Part shown: one piece after another, positions 18,352 through 27,669 of the stretch
Numbering within the stretch: position 1 is the stretch's first letter
Layout of the letters: every line of letters begins with the position of its first letter
NCBI GenBank assembly: GCA_040377305.1
Contig: JBEIPA010000001.1
Coordinates: 108,807 to 172,806, forward strand
Length of the DNA stretch: 64,000 bases
Direction of reading: 5' to 3'
DNA from: Flavobacteriales bacterium
GTDB taxonomy: Bacteria > Bacteroidota > Bacteroidia > Palsa-965
Translations under genes and position numbers: made by a program
Notes under the pieces: model-generated
What the model saw: only the letters and a program-made list of their open reading frames with translations
Told to the model about the DNA's origin: nothing
Database searches by the model: none

Positions 18352-18535
18352 CCACATAGTATCATAGGAGGACTGCCTGTTTGCTAAAGGTGAATCAACA
18401 AGTTGATTCAGAACATAGATCACAAGAGAAGATCGCATCGCGATCAATTCTATGCGAACTACTGCATTCTCTAGTCTTACCATAGCCCCTTATCGGCAAG
18501 CTTAGCAAACAATGATTAAGAAGCACACTATGACC

Positions 18536-19177
18536 CTATGTGGTTAAAATCGCTTCAATCTCAGCGAACATCATCGCAGTGGCGCCCCACAAAGTCTCCT
18601 CTCCCAGAACATAACACGGCGCATCTATGAACGTGTTCACACCGATGGGAATTCTTCTGCGAGTCTTCAGTTGTTCGTCAAGAAACGTACTAAGCGGTAC
18701 TTCCAGAATAATATCCACTTCACGATCATCAGGCACGTATTGCGGCTGCTCATTCATCCACGCCACAAATGGATGCACGAGAAAATTACTCGGCGGAATA
18801 TACAGCGGTGTCAATTCACCAATCACGTCCTGCACAGAAACACTCACGCCGACTTCTTCGATCGTCTCGCGAATTGCAGTGTGAACGGGTTTCTCATCCT
18901 GCTCCTTCTTTCCTCCAGGCAATGCAAGTTGTCCGCTATGAATGCCATCATACGAAGGTCGCTTGATGATCATGGTATGCACCATTCCATCAACCGGATA
19001 AAGCAACATCATCACTGCACTCGTTTTGTAATCGGGATGCTTGTCGAGATAAGCCTGCAATGGTAATCTCGCTCGCGAACTCATCGCATCCTGGGAAGTA
19101 CTTCCCGGCAACGGCAATTTCAATCGTGCTTGTAAGGCTTCACGAAATTCAATTGGTGACGTGAGTAGATTTTTCAC
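18536..19177 (-). CDS. NUDIX hydrolase (CoA pyrophosphatase-like)
   Basis: Nudix box LPGGKKEQDEKPVHTAIRETIEEVGV. GTG start at 19177. Confidence 0.75.
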   Translation of the reverse strand: MKNLLTSPIEFREALQARLKLPLPGSTSQDAMSSRARLPLQAYLDKHPDYKTSAVMMLLYPVDGMVHTMIIKRPSYDGIHSGQLALPGGKKEQDEKPVHTAIRETIEEVGVSVSVQDVIGELTPLYIPPSNFLVHPFVAWMNEQPQYVPDDREVDIILEVPLSTFLDEQLKTRRRIPIGVNTFIDAPCYVLGEETLWGATAMMFAEIEAILTT

Positions 19178-19254
19178 ACCACGAAGCTAAGGAGATCTGT
19201 ATAGACTTTTCCTGGCGTTTTGTCTCCCAATAGCTATCGGGATTGGCGGTAAAA

Positions 19255-20226
19255 TTATTGCTGTGGAATTACCCGCACTTTATCACCGGCTCGCAACCGC
19301 ATATAACCAGTCCAACCGTTATATGTTTGTATCTGTTTCGCAGAACGTCCATACTGTTGTGCAATCTTCGTGATGTTATCTCCACGTAAGCACGTATGAA
19401 ATTCCACTCCCTGCGGACGAACAGCAAATCCCTGACGCGTTCTCACCAAATCAATTTTCTCCGCAATCAATTTCCGCGTTTGCAGATCGATAATGTATGC
19501 CGGATTAATTGCCACACCCCTGAACCGCAACTCAAAATGCAGATGTGTTCCGGTAGAATGACCGGTATTGCCTCCAAGGCCAATGAGCTGACCCGAGTTC
19601 ACGATATCGCCCGGCTTCACTTTTATTTTCCAGAGATGTGCGTATACCGTTTCGAGACCATTGTAGTGACGAATGATCACAATGTTTCCGTATCCACCCG
19701 ATTTCCCGGCGAAACGAACCATGCCCATGAACGCAGAACAAACCGAATCGCCACGCACAAGATCCACATCAATGCCGCGATGAAAAGCTGAATCTCTCCA
19801 GCCAAATCCTGAAGTCAACACACCGTTGAACGGAAACACAAACGGACCGCTAATCGCCGAAGCAAGATCGAGCGTGACCACCGTATCCGCTTTGTACAGC
19901 GAATCCGAATAGGGAAATAACATGCGTGTGTTCCAGTTGCCGTAATATCTGTTCGCCGGATAAAATGCGAATCCGCTTTCAAACTGATTCTTCGGATAGC
20001 TTGCACGCAATGAATCAATTTGATTGTTGATCATCACAAACAGCAATGAATCGTGTACATCCGCATCGAACAAAGAATCGATCATGAGCACCAGTTCCGG
20101 CTCACTCATTTCCTCGATGGAAGCTGCAATGCGTTGTTGCGCGGGCGTCAATGAGTCGCCGTTGGAAGCGCAAAGTCGTCCAAAGCTTGCCAGCAGCAAC
20201 GCCACGAATGCAAAACGAAAATTCAT
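19255..20226 (-). CDS. M23 family metallo-endopeptidase with C-terminal LysM-like domain
   Basis: HRGIDVDL...YGNIVIIRHYNGLETVYAHL...LGGNTGHSTGTHLHFE. C-terminal GDNITKIAQQYGRSAKQIQTYNG. Signal peptide present. Confidence 0.8.
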   Translation of the reverse strand: MNFRFAFVALLLASFGRLCASNGDSLTPAQQRIAASIEEMSEPELVLMIDSLFDADVHDSLLFVMINNQIDSLRASYPKNQFESGFAFYPANRYYGNWNTRMLFPYSDSLYKADTVVTLDLASAISGPFVFPFNGVLTSGFGWRDSAFHRGIDVDLVRGDSVCSAFMGMVRFAGKSGGYGNIVIIRHYNGLETVYAHLWKIKVKPGDIVNSGQLIGLGGNTGHSTGTHLHFELRFRGVAINPAYIIDLQTRKLIAEKIDLVRTRQGFAVRPQGVEFHTCLRGDNITKIAQQYGRSAKQIQTYNGWTGYMRLRAGDKVRVIPQQ

Positions 20227-20282
20227 ATTCCTCAGCGTATTTTTTTTGACTGCCTACTGCCCGACCGCCTACTTCCCAACTG

Positions 20283-21509
20283 TTATTGACATCCCGCCAA
20301 CTTCTTCTCCTCTGCGACTCCCGGATAATTCATCGCCGCGGCCTTGTCAAAATCAGCACAGCACTCTTTTTTCTTGTTCAGCTTGTAGTTTGCTTTGGCA
20401 CGGAAGAAGTAATCTTCTCCGGTTGCTCCGTTAGCAATTGCAGTCGTAAAATTATCTGCAGCTTCCTGCCATTTCTCCTGATCAAAACGAATACGACCGA
20501 GTCCGCGGGATGCTACTGCATTCTTCGGTTCGAGCTCCAGCACTTTCTTGTAATCGAGTTCGGCAAGCATGAATTTAGATTTGCCCTGCACGTAGTAAGA
20601 ATTCGCTCGCGACAATAAAGTCGGAACATCATCTTTCTTCAAAGCGAGTGCCTTCGTGTAATCTTTCGTTGCTGACGGATAATTTTTCTGTTTCGTAAAA
20701 AGATCTCCGCGCATTCTGAAAATTTCGGAATCTTTCGTTTTGTAGACATCGACAATGACGGTGTAATCTGCAATTGCTTCGACCAGTTTATTCTGTTGCG
20801 AAAAACAACTGGCACGTGCACGATACACACTTTCATCCGCGGCTTTCAACGTAATTGCTTTCGACAAATCGGCCACTGCGGGATCCAATTTCTTCTGATC
20901 GAGTTCAAGCTTGCCTCGCTCAGCGTAAGCTTTCCCAAGATTAGCATCGAGAGTAATTGCTTTATTAAAATCCGCAAGCGCTTCAACATCCTTCTTCATC
21001 TTGCGATACAATACACCACGCTCGTAAAACGTGTTCGCATTCTTCGAATCGAGCGCAATTGCTTTTGAGTAGTCGTTAAGAGCCAGCTGATCCTGATTCG
21101 TCTTTCCATACAGCTTCGCACGATTCACGTAGCTATCAACGAAATTCGGATTCAAGGTAATCGCACTCGAATAATCGGTAATGGCGAGATTGTCGTTGCC
21201 CATTTTCTCGTGACACTTTGCGCGGTAATAAAATCCAGGTGCGAAATTCGCATTCAGTTTCACACCTTGATTGAGATCGGCAAGCGCGAGATCATTCTTG
21301 CCCAACTCCATCTGGCAACGACCCCGATCAACAAAAGCCTCGAAGTAAGTCGCATCGGTTTTGATCGCAATGTCAAACTGCGCAATCGCCTCCACGTACT
21401 TCTTCTCATTCATGAGCTTCACGCCTTTTTCGTGATAGACATAGGCAGGTTGAGCGAATACGATTGTTGAAATAAAAATCCCGAGAAGTAGAAGGCAAGT
21501 TCGACGCAT
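20283..21509 (-). CDS. TPR-repeat protein (secreted)
   Basis: 408 aa. Signal peptide followed by about eleven 34-aa TPR units (AxxDxxKAIxLxP pattern). Confidence 0.8.
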   Translation of the reverse strand: MRRTCLLLLGIFISTIVFAQPAYVYHEKGVKLMNEKKYVEAIAQFDIAIKTDATYFEAFVDRGRCQMELGKNDLALADLNQGVKLNANFAPGFYYRAKCHEKMGNDNLAITDYSSAITLNPNFVDSYVNRAKLYGKTNQDQLALNDYSKAIALDSKNANTFYERGVLYRKMKKDVEALADFNKAITLDANLGKAYAERGKLELDQKKLDPAVADLSKAITLKAADESVYRARASCFSQQNKLVEAIADYTVIVDVYKTKDSEIFRMRGDLFTKQKNYPSATKDYTKALALKKDDVPTLLSRANSYYVQGKSKFMLAELDYKKVLELEPKNAVASRGLGRIRFDQEKWQEAADNFTTAIANGATGEDYFFRAKANYKLNKKKECCADFDKAAAMNYPGVAEEKKLAGCQ

Positions 21510-21684
21510 TATGAATCCAATATTTGGCTGTGATTCTTAAAGATAATTAAGGATTTGCGATAATCTGCGAATCTGCGGCAGAAAAAGGGTGTTAAGCGAG
21601 AAAACCAAAATTTTTAGTTAGCCAAAAATATACTTGACACCGCTACTAACCCCGATTACCTTTGCCGCAACTAAAACGCTAACT

Positions 21685-22713
21685 ATGAGAATTCTTAAAG
21701 GACTAGGCATTGTAGTCGGATTACTACTTGCTATTTATCTCATCCTCGCCATTTTCGGCCCAGCGAAAATGCATGTTGAACGCTCGATCATGATTAATCA
21801 GAAGTCTGACGTCGTGTTCAATGAAATCAACACGCTCAAGCAGTGGCAAAACTGGTCGTATTGGGACAACATTGATCCGAATATGCAATCAACTTACGAA
21901 GGACCAGAATCGGGTGTTGGTGCAAAACACAGTTGGACAAGCACGAACGATAGCGTTGGAAATGGTTCACTCGTGATCAAAACTTCTATGCCAAACACAT
22001 TGGTAGAGTGCGATCTTTCATTCGAAGGAATGGGAACGAGCACTAGTGGCTGGGCTTTAAAAGACACTGCAGGCGGAACATGGGTAACAGCATACATGGA
22101 TGGTGAAACTCCGTTCCTGTTTCGTCCGATGATGTTGTTCATGGACATGGAAGAAATCCTTGGAAAAGATTTTGATGCTACACTCGCAGGTTTGAAAGCA
22201 CATACGGAAGGTTTGGAATCTCCAACGATGATGGCTGAATATGTAATGCAAGAAGCCACGACTCCGGCGATGAAACTGTTGACGATTGCCGATAGCGCAA
22301 TGTCTGTGGAAGCTCTTGGCGAGAAACTCGGTGGACTCTACGGAGAAATTATGGGTGAAATGGAAAAACAAAAATTGACGCAGGCAGGTCCGGTAATTGC
22401 GATCTATGACAAAGTAGAATACGGAGCAGATGGTTCCATGAAGTTTTGGTTCAAGGCAGGAATTCCAGTTGCGAAGTCAGGAAAGAATGCAGGACGAATT
22501 ATGTATTGGGAGAACACCGCAGGAAATGCTGTGAAGTGTGACTATTACGGCGACTACTCGAACACCGGTGCCTGTCACGATGCAATCAACAAATACATCA
22601 CCGATAAAGGAAAAACGATAAACGGATCAGTTTGGGAAGTATATGTAACTGACCCAGGTGCTGAGCCCGACACGGCGAAATGGCTTACGGAAATCTACTA
22701 TCCGGTGCAATAG
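21685..22713 (+). CDS. SRPBCC (polyketide-cyclase-like) domain fused to GyrI-like small-molecule-binding domain, N-terminal TM anchor
   Basis: The ATG at 21685 (MRILKGLGIVVGLLLAIYL) is preferred over the TTG at 21634. The N-terminal half is SRPBCC-like. The C-terminal ~150 aa (PVIAIYDKVEYG...WEVYVTDP) are GyrI/AraC-effector-like. Confidence 0.5.
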   Translation: MRILKGLGIVVGLLLAIYLILAIFGPAKMHVERSIMINQKSDVVFNEINTLKQWQNWSYWDNIDPNMQSTYEGPESGVGAKHSWTSTNDSVGNGSLVIKTSMPNTLVECDLSFEGMGTSTSGWALKDTAGGTWVTAYMDGETPFLFRPMMLFMDMEEILGKDFDATLAGLKAHTEGLESPTMMAEYVMQEATTPAMKLLTIADSAMSVEALGEKLGGLYGEIMGEMEKQKLTQAGPVIAIYDKVEYGADGSMKFWFKAGIPVAKSGKNAGRIMYWENTAGNAVKCDYYGDYSNTGACHDAINKYITDKGKTINGSVWEVYVTDPGAEPDTAKWLTEIYYPVQ

Positions 22714-22830
22714 TCAATGCGGAGCCGGTGCTCGGCACGACAATTTCACTGAAATACAGCCATTTACGGCATGAAATTTGGTTTTATATCGGTAATAAGT
22801 TAGATTTACCTAAGCAAAACTCACACACAC

Positions 22831-23202
22831 ATGACACGTATTTTCGTCCTCTTCGCATTTATCCTGACTGCAACATTTGCACAGGCACAATCATCACCAG
22901 TTGCTGAGAATCCAACTGAGCGCGCACATTCGCAAGCGCTTGGATTACAGAAACAAGTTGGTTTATCTGATGAGCAACTCGTGAAAGCGGAAGCAATCTT
23001 TCTTGCACGTCACACCGAGGTTGAAGCGATCAAGAACGACGCAAGCAAAACTCAGGAAGAAAAAGACAATGCAATAACACTTGTGCGCACCGAGAAAGAA
23101 AAGGAAATACAGGCATTGCTTACTCCTGATCAGTTGATCAAGTATAACGAAATTAAAACTACTCGTCAGAACCGCAAGAAAGCTGCGAGTGGCCAACAAT
23201 AG
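22831..23202 (+). CDS. periplasmic hypothetical protein (Spy/CpxP-like LTxxQ motifs)
   Basis: Signal peptide MTRIFVLFAFILTATFAQAQ. Charged helical body containing LSDEQL and LTPDQL motifs. Confidence 0.4.
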   Translation: MTRIFVLFAFILTATFAQAQSSPVAENPTERAHSQALGLQKQVGLSDEQLVKAEAIFLARHTEVEAIKNDASKTQEEKDNAITLVRTEKEKEIQALLTPDQLIKYNEIKTTRQNRKKAASGQQ

Positions 23203-23225
23203 AAATTTAGAAAAACACACATTGA

Positions 23226-23259
23226 AAATCCTTCAAAGAAATTTGAGGGATTTTTTCTT
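23226..23259. terminator. hairpin terminator between convergent genes
   Basis: ATCCTTCAAA-gaa-TTTGAGGGAT followed by TTTTTTCTTTT. Confidence 0.5.
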
Positions 23260-24006
23260 TTACTTCGATACGCCCTGCTGAAACTTTTCCGACTGCTCGA
23301 TTGCGTCCATCAGGTCTCCAAGTATTTCATCTGAATCCTTCGTGAGATCAATGTCCATCACGTCCTTGAAACGAATGGAAAGATTCACACCTTGCTTCTT
23401 CATTTTGAGGCCGCTCTTGTCGAACGCACGACGGAATCCATCAATGACTACGGGCACAACAATCGGATTGTATTTTTTCAGAATCAGAATCACACCACGT
23501 CGTCCTTTAGCGAAAGGTTTCGTTGTTCCTTGCGGAAAGTTGATTACCCAGCCATCGCTTAATGCAATACCGATGTTGGAAATATCGTCCATGCGAACTT
23601 TCCGTTTCACATCTTCTTTGCCTTGCTTCCACGTGCGTTGAATGCTAACCGATCCGACGTAAGCAAAAATACGCGGAAGAATTCCCTTCTTCATCGTCTC
23701 TTCTGCTGCAACAAAATAACTGTTGATGCGGGGATTCTTCAGGTAGCTTTTGTCATCAATCGTATTGTATTGCCCGTTCTTCGCGGCGCAAAACACGTGA
23801 AGAAATGCGATCACATCCGCGAAGTAGGTCTGGTGATTGGAAACGAACAGCACATTTCTGTCTGGCAGATTCTTCAGTACCTCCGCACCTTCGATCGTGA
23901 TTTTGTTCTGTTTCGCATATCTCTTCCACGTCACCCGTCCGATATTCCGGATCAGGGATCGCTTTATCCAATTCAAATGTCCAAACGGGTCACGACTTTC
24001 TGACAT
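23260..24006 (-). CDS. lysophospholipid (1-acyl-sn-glycerol-3-phosphate) acyltransferase, PlsC-like
   Basis: The start was moved to the ATG at 24006 (MSESRDPF). The track ORF reaching 24444 overlaps the divergent 24134 gene. Motifs: NHQTYFAD (H-x-D acyltransferase box), FPQGTTKP (FPEGTR-like) and VPVVIDG. Confidence 0.7.
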   Translation of the reverse strand: MSESRDPFGHLNWIKRSLIRNIGRVTWKRYAKQNKITIEGAEVLKNLPDRNVLFVSNHQTYFADVIAFLHVFCAAKNGQYNTIDDKSYLKNPRINSYFVAAEETMKKGILPRIFAYVGSVSIQRTWKQGKEDVKRKVRMDDISNIGIALSDGWVINFPQGTTKPFAKGRRGVILILKKYNPIVVPVVIDGFRRAFDKSGLKMKKQGVNLSIRFKDVMDIDLTKDSDEILGDLMDAIEQSEKFQQGVSK

Positions 24007-24133
24007 ATTCTCCAAAGATACGGAGAGATCGGAGTCGGGAGTTATTCCCAAGTGTAAACAGTCTTGACTACCTGGCGATCGAACACTTTTCCTGATACAT
24101 CCGGGTCTCTCATCTCCCGTCCCACCCTTATCT

Positions 24134-25624
24134 TTGAGCGTGCAGAAAATCATCCTTCGATCCGTCGCTATCCTTGCAATCCTCACAGGTGCAATTGCAT
24201 TACTCGTTTGGTATTGGACAATGAAGCGTGACATGCCTGCACAAGCTCGTGTGATTCCGGCTGATGCAATGGCTGTTCTTACATTCAACATTCGCGAAAT
24301 CGCTGCAGATCGTTCGGGAGATGAACATTTATTTCCCGACATAATGGATAAGGCGATGATCGGAAATGAGATTGAATCGTTCTCGCGCGCAATCGATGGC
24401 AACGGAGGACAAACGGGTGTTGCTACGATGTCGGACATTCTCATGTTTGTTTATCAAACGGGCAACGAAGGTTATTTCGGAGTGGCAGTTGAACTTGAAG
24501 ACAGCGCGATGTTTGGTAATCTGATGCGCATTCACTTTGCCAAAGAATACAACATCGTTCCATTATCGATGGGCGGAATTCCGTTGATGCAATTCGATAC
24601 AACTGCGGCCGTGTTCGGTTGGACAAACGATGTAGCGCTTTTGCTCTACCCGCTCGGAAATCATGGCATCCCGCAGGTCACCGCGCAGTGCACAAAGCTC
24701 CTCAAACAGCAAAAAGAAAATTCCGTTCTCGCGAATGAAAAATTCCAGGAGATGGAAAAGCAAACGTTTGCCTTAGGATTGTGGGTGCAAACAAAATCGC
24801 TGCTCACGTTCACGGACGGCGGTTCTTTAATCGAAGCAATTACGCATGACGTGGAAACGTATAATTACCTCGCGAATTTCGAAGACGGTGAGATTCTCAT
24901 TCGCTCCGAATGGCATCTTGCCGATGAGGCGAAACGTGATATGATCAGAGAATTCGAATTTCCGTGCGACACGTCTCTCATCACCTCATTTCTGCGGGGA
25001 CGTTTCGATGTGAAATCCGATTCACTTGCAGGAGGCTCATTCGCTGATGCGGCGTTCGATAAACTTCCGATTGCAGAAGAAGATTATCCTGAACTTTTTT
25101 CTTCGATGACCGGTGATTTTATTTCTGTTGGACACAGTAAGATTGCCGGCGACGAATTCGAAACACACTGTTTCCTGTTGTCTGATCCGGCCAAAGCAAA
25201 AGCATTCATCACTTCACGCATGCAACGCGATTCGATTCCGCTGACAACATCAGGTTGGAAATACAACGTTGCTCTTGTCCAGGAGTGGAGAATGATCATG
25301 GACAACAACATGCTCACGCTCACAAATCATCCGGGTGTTGACGGAAGACCACATGCTATGACTGCGAATCTTGCAGGCTATATGGCGTGGTTCAACTTTC
25401 AGAAAATGCTGGCAGAAGCCGACGGTGGTATCTATGCATTTATTCCGCTTATCAATACGGGTGCGCCATTGCTTTCAGAACATGTTACAACGTGTAGCAG
25501 CACATTACCGGTTCAGTTCGGCAATGTTCGTCACTCAGAAATTGTTTTCCGTTTCAGGAACAGAGAAGTGAACGGACTTGTGCAGACCGAGGAGTTGGTG
25601 AGGAAGATTTACTTCGGGAAATAG
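24134..25624 (+). CDS. hypothetical signal-anchored protein
   Basis: 496 aa. The N-terminal TM segment ILRSVAILAILTGAIALLVWYW is encoded only if a TTG (24134) or GTG (24140) start is used. No recognisable catalytic motif. Confidence 0.5.
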   Translation: MSVQKIILRSVAILAILTGAIALLVWYWTMKRDMPAQARVIPADAMAVLTFNIREIAADRSGDEHLFPDIMDKAMIGNEIESFSRAIDGNGGQTGVATMSDILMFVYQTGNEGYFGVAVELEDSAMFGNLMRIHFAKEYNIVPLSMGGIPLMQFDTTAAVFGWTNDVALLLYPLGNHGIPQVTAQCTKLLKQQKENSVLANEKFQEMEKQTFALGLWVQTKSLLTFTDGGSLIEAITHDVETYNYLANFEDGEILIRSEWHLADEAKRDMIREFEFPCDTSLITSFLRGRFDVKSDSLAGGSFADAAFDKLPIAEEDYPELFSSMTGDFISVGHSKIAGDEFETHCFLLSDPAKAKAFITSRMQRDSIPLTTSGWKYNVALVQEWRMIMDNNMLTLTNHPGVDGRPHAMTANLAGYMAWFNFQKMLAEADGGIYAFIPLINTGAPLLSEHVTTCSSTLPVQFGNVRHSEIVFRFRNREVNGLVQTEELVRKIYFGK

Positions 25625-25686
25625 CGGATGCTCACATGTCAACCCTCGGTACGCCTATATTTTTTCTCAAGTTGCTCCGCAATAAT

Positions 25687-25721
25687 TTTAGGCTACTCGG
25701 TCTGACAAGGTGAATAGTTGT
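25687..25721. terminator. perfect 13-bp stem hairpin between convergent genes (bidirectional terminator candidate)
   Basis: CTCGGTCTGACAA-ggtgaatag-TTGTCAGACCGAG. Confidence 0.6.
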
Positions 25722-25790
25722 CAGACCGAGTAAACCTGAAAAACTGCAGAGCAGCGTGAACGATTTTACCGTTGTACCGAGAGATGAAAA

Positions 25791-26234
25791 CTATTCTCCA
25801 AGCGATTCCAAATTCGCCACAAACTTATGCGGCTTCCCAGCCAGCTTCGCGAAAAAAGTAGCTTCTGCTTTTTTGATTGCTGTTGAAGCACTTGTCAGTT
25901 TCTTCTTGCCGGTAATGGTAATCTGAAGAATCACCGCGCGACCATCGTTGCGATTTTCTTTTCTCGCAATGAGTTTTGCTTCCTCGAGTGTGCGAATAAC
26001 TTTCGAAGTCATCATTACATCCGTGCCGGCAGTTCTTGCGAGCAAAGTTTGTGATGGTTGTTTACCACTCGCTTCAAGCTGCTTCACCGCGTCGAGCAAG
26101 AGAAACTGGACGTGCGTTATTCCAGTTGTTTTAAGATGGTCGCGAACATGTCGCTGCCATGCATTACCGGCTTTCCACAGGAGAAATCCTGCACCGGAAA
26201 AGGAGCGCTTGGTTTTTTTGGGGCTAGAGGACAT
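25791..26234 (-). CDS. MarR-family winged-helix transcriptional regulator
   Basis: 147 aa. The wHTH-like segment is VQFLLLDAVKQL...TLLARTAGTDVMMTSKVIRTLEEAKLIARKEN...DGRAV. Confidence 0.55.
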   Translation of the reverse strand: MSSSPKKTKRSFSGAGFLLWKAGNAWQRHVRDHLKTTGITHVQFLLLDAVKQLEASGKQPSQTLLARTAGTDVMMTSKVIRTLEEAKLIARKENRNDGRAVILQITITGKKKLTSASTAIKKAEATFFAKLAGKPHKFVANLESLGE

Positions 26235-26264
26235 CTGTTGGGGGTTGGGGGTTGCTTGTCCATA

Positions 26265-26888
26265 TTAATTTCGGTCTTCGTTACTAAATCCAATTGTAAC
26301 ACCGGCACGAAAACCAATTCTCTCCAGTGTACCATCTTCAGGCAAACGGTAAATAAAACTTGCGCCAATTTGAGGTGCAATATAAATCGGAAATTTCAGA
26401 TTCGACATGAGTCGGCAACGAATCATCATTGTGCCAACCATGCGACCGTGTTCAAATCCTGTTGCACGATCTCTCCAATAATCAAAGCCAAGTGGATTCA
26501 GTGAAACGTGCATTCGCATCTTTCCATCGGTGGCATAATAACCAACACCTTCCGGAATTGCACACAAGAGCACCCCCAGATTGTTTGCCCATGGAATTGC
26601 GTTAAATACCGGGCGAGATTGTTGTTCCTGAAGTAGTTTGTAACCACCAACTAAACCTGCAGTTCCGTGAAAATAAAATCCTCCGTCTAATGCAGGTCCG
26701 ATACCGATCTGATAATTCAATGTGAAGCGTTCACCCAATCCAATGTGAAAGATGCCGCCGAATTGTTGTTGAGCACGGGAGCCAAGCTGGTAGTGTTCAG
26801 CATAGATACCACCTTCAAACCACTCCTGGGCTGAAGCACGATAACTGAGAAAAGACAAAAGCAGGAATAGGGTTAAACGCGCTTTCAT
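26265..26888 (-). CDS. hypothetical outer-membrane beta-barrel protein (PagL/acyloxyacyl-hydrolase-like size)
   Basis: ATG at 26888 (MKARLTLFLLLSFLSYRASAQ). Alternating hydrophobic beta-strand pattern with a C-terminal aromatic residue. Confidence 0.4.
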   Translation of the reverse strand: MKARLTLFLLLSFLSYRASAQEWFEGGIYAEHYQLGSRAQQQFGGIFHIGLGERFTLNYQIGIGPALDGGFYFHGTAGLVGGYKLLQEQQSRPVFNAIPWANNLGVLLCAIPEGVGYYATDGKMRMHVSLNPLGFDYWRDRATGFEHGRMVGTMMIRCRLMSNLKFPIYIAPQIGASFIYRLPEDGTLERIGFRAGVTIGFSNEDRN

Positions 26889-26920
26889 TGTTGGGTGCAA
26901 GTTAGTGAGACTTAGGACAA

Positions 26921-27556
26921 TTACGCGCCTAAAACTTCAGAAAGCGTGCCAGTATGGAGCTCATGTCCACCCTCGAACCGTACGTGTTTGTAAGTGGTGA
27001 AAAGCGTTTCAATAGTGGTAAGATTCCTTTTCTCACTAGCCTCGTCAACGTACTTATCGTGAGATGCAGTAACCACCGTCAAGGCTTTGCATCGGGCCTT
27101 GCTTTCTGCTGGTAAGTCGGGCGGAAAGAAGCCACACCAGAGAATCAGATGGTCGATTTGAGTCATCCCGAATGCAGCCCATCGCGAAACAGTTGCAGCG
27201 CCCTGCGAAAAACCAAGCACCGTAATTTTGACATCTGGCGGACAACGTAACAGTACGTCTGCAGCACATTGATCAAGCCATTGAATGTAATCCGATATAT
27301 CATCAAGGCGATCTTCTTTCGTCATCCACGAGGCAACAACTTTGTCGTAACCACCGCGGTGATAGAAACGATGCAAACCTTCGGGAGCAACAAACAATCT
27401 GGAGGCACTACTCAGGGAAGAGAATCCTTCGAGAAATTCATTTGCAAGTTGTGCATAACCGTGACACACAAAAACGACTTCGCGCACGTGTGTGCCAGGA
27501 TCTGCCGAGAGAAAATATCGTGCTGTTTTGGGAACGGTGAGTTTCTGTACAATCAT
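26921..27556 (-). CDS. alpha/beta hydrolase (phospholipase/carboxylesterase family)
   Basis: GFSQG nucleophile elbow. Acid and His residues sit in the C-terminal part (ASHDKYVD...GGHELH). Confidence 0.7.
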   Translation of the reverse strand: MIVQKLTVPKTARYFLSADPGTHVREVVFVCHGYAQLANEFLEGFSSLSSASRLFVAPEGLHRFYHRGGYDKVVASWMTKEDRLDDISDYIQWLDQCAADVLLRCPPDVKITVLGFSQGAATVSRWAAFGMTQIDHLILWCGFFPPDLPAESKARCKALTVVTASHDKYVDEASEKRNLTTIETLFTTYKHVRFEGGHELHTGTLSEVLGA

Positions 27557-27669
27557 CTACTTTCCTTTTGATCCGGCTGGAAGCTCCGAATATGTTTCGA
27601 TCAATTTAGGAATATTTCAATGAAGTATTCTCCAGGACGAATTTGCTATAAAGGTTGCCTCTCCGATTT

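Noticed and set aside
23260-24444. 394-aa version of the acyltransferase ORF.
   Set aside because: The N-terminal 146 aa are Arg/Ser-rich, lack acyltransferase homology and overlap the divergent gene at 24134. The internal ATG at 24006 gives a typical ~250-aa PlsC-like protein.
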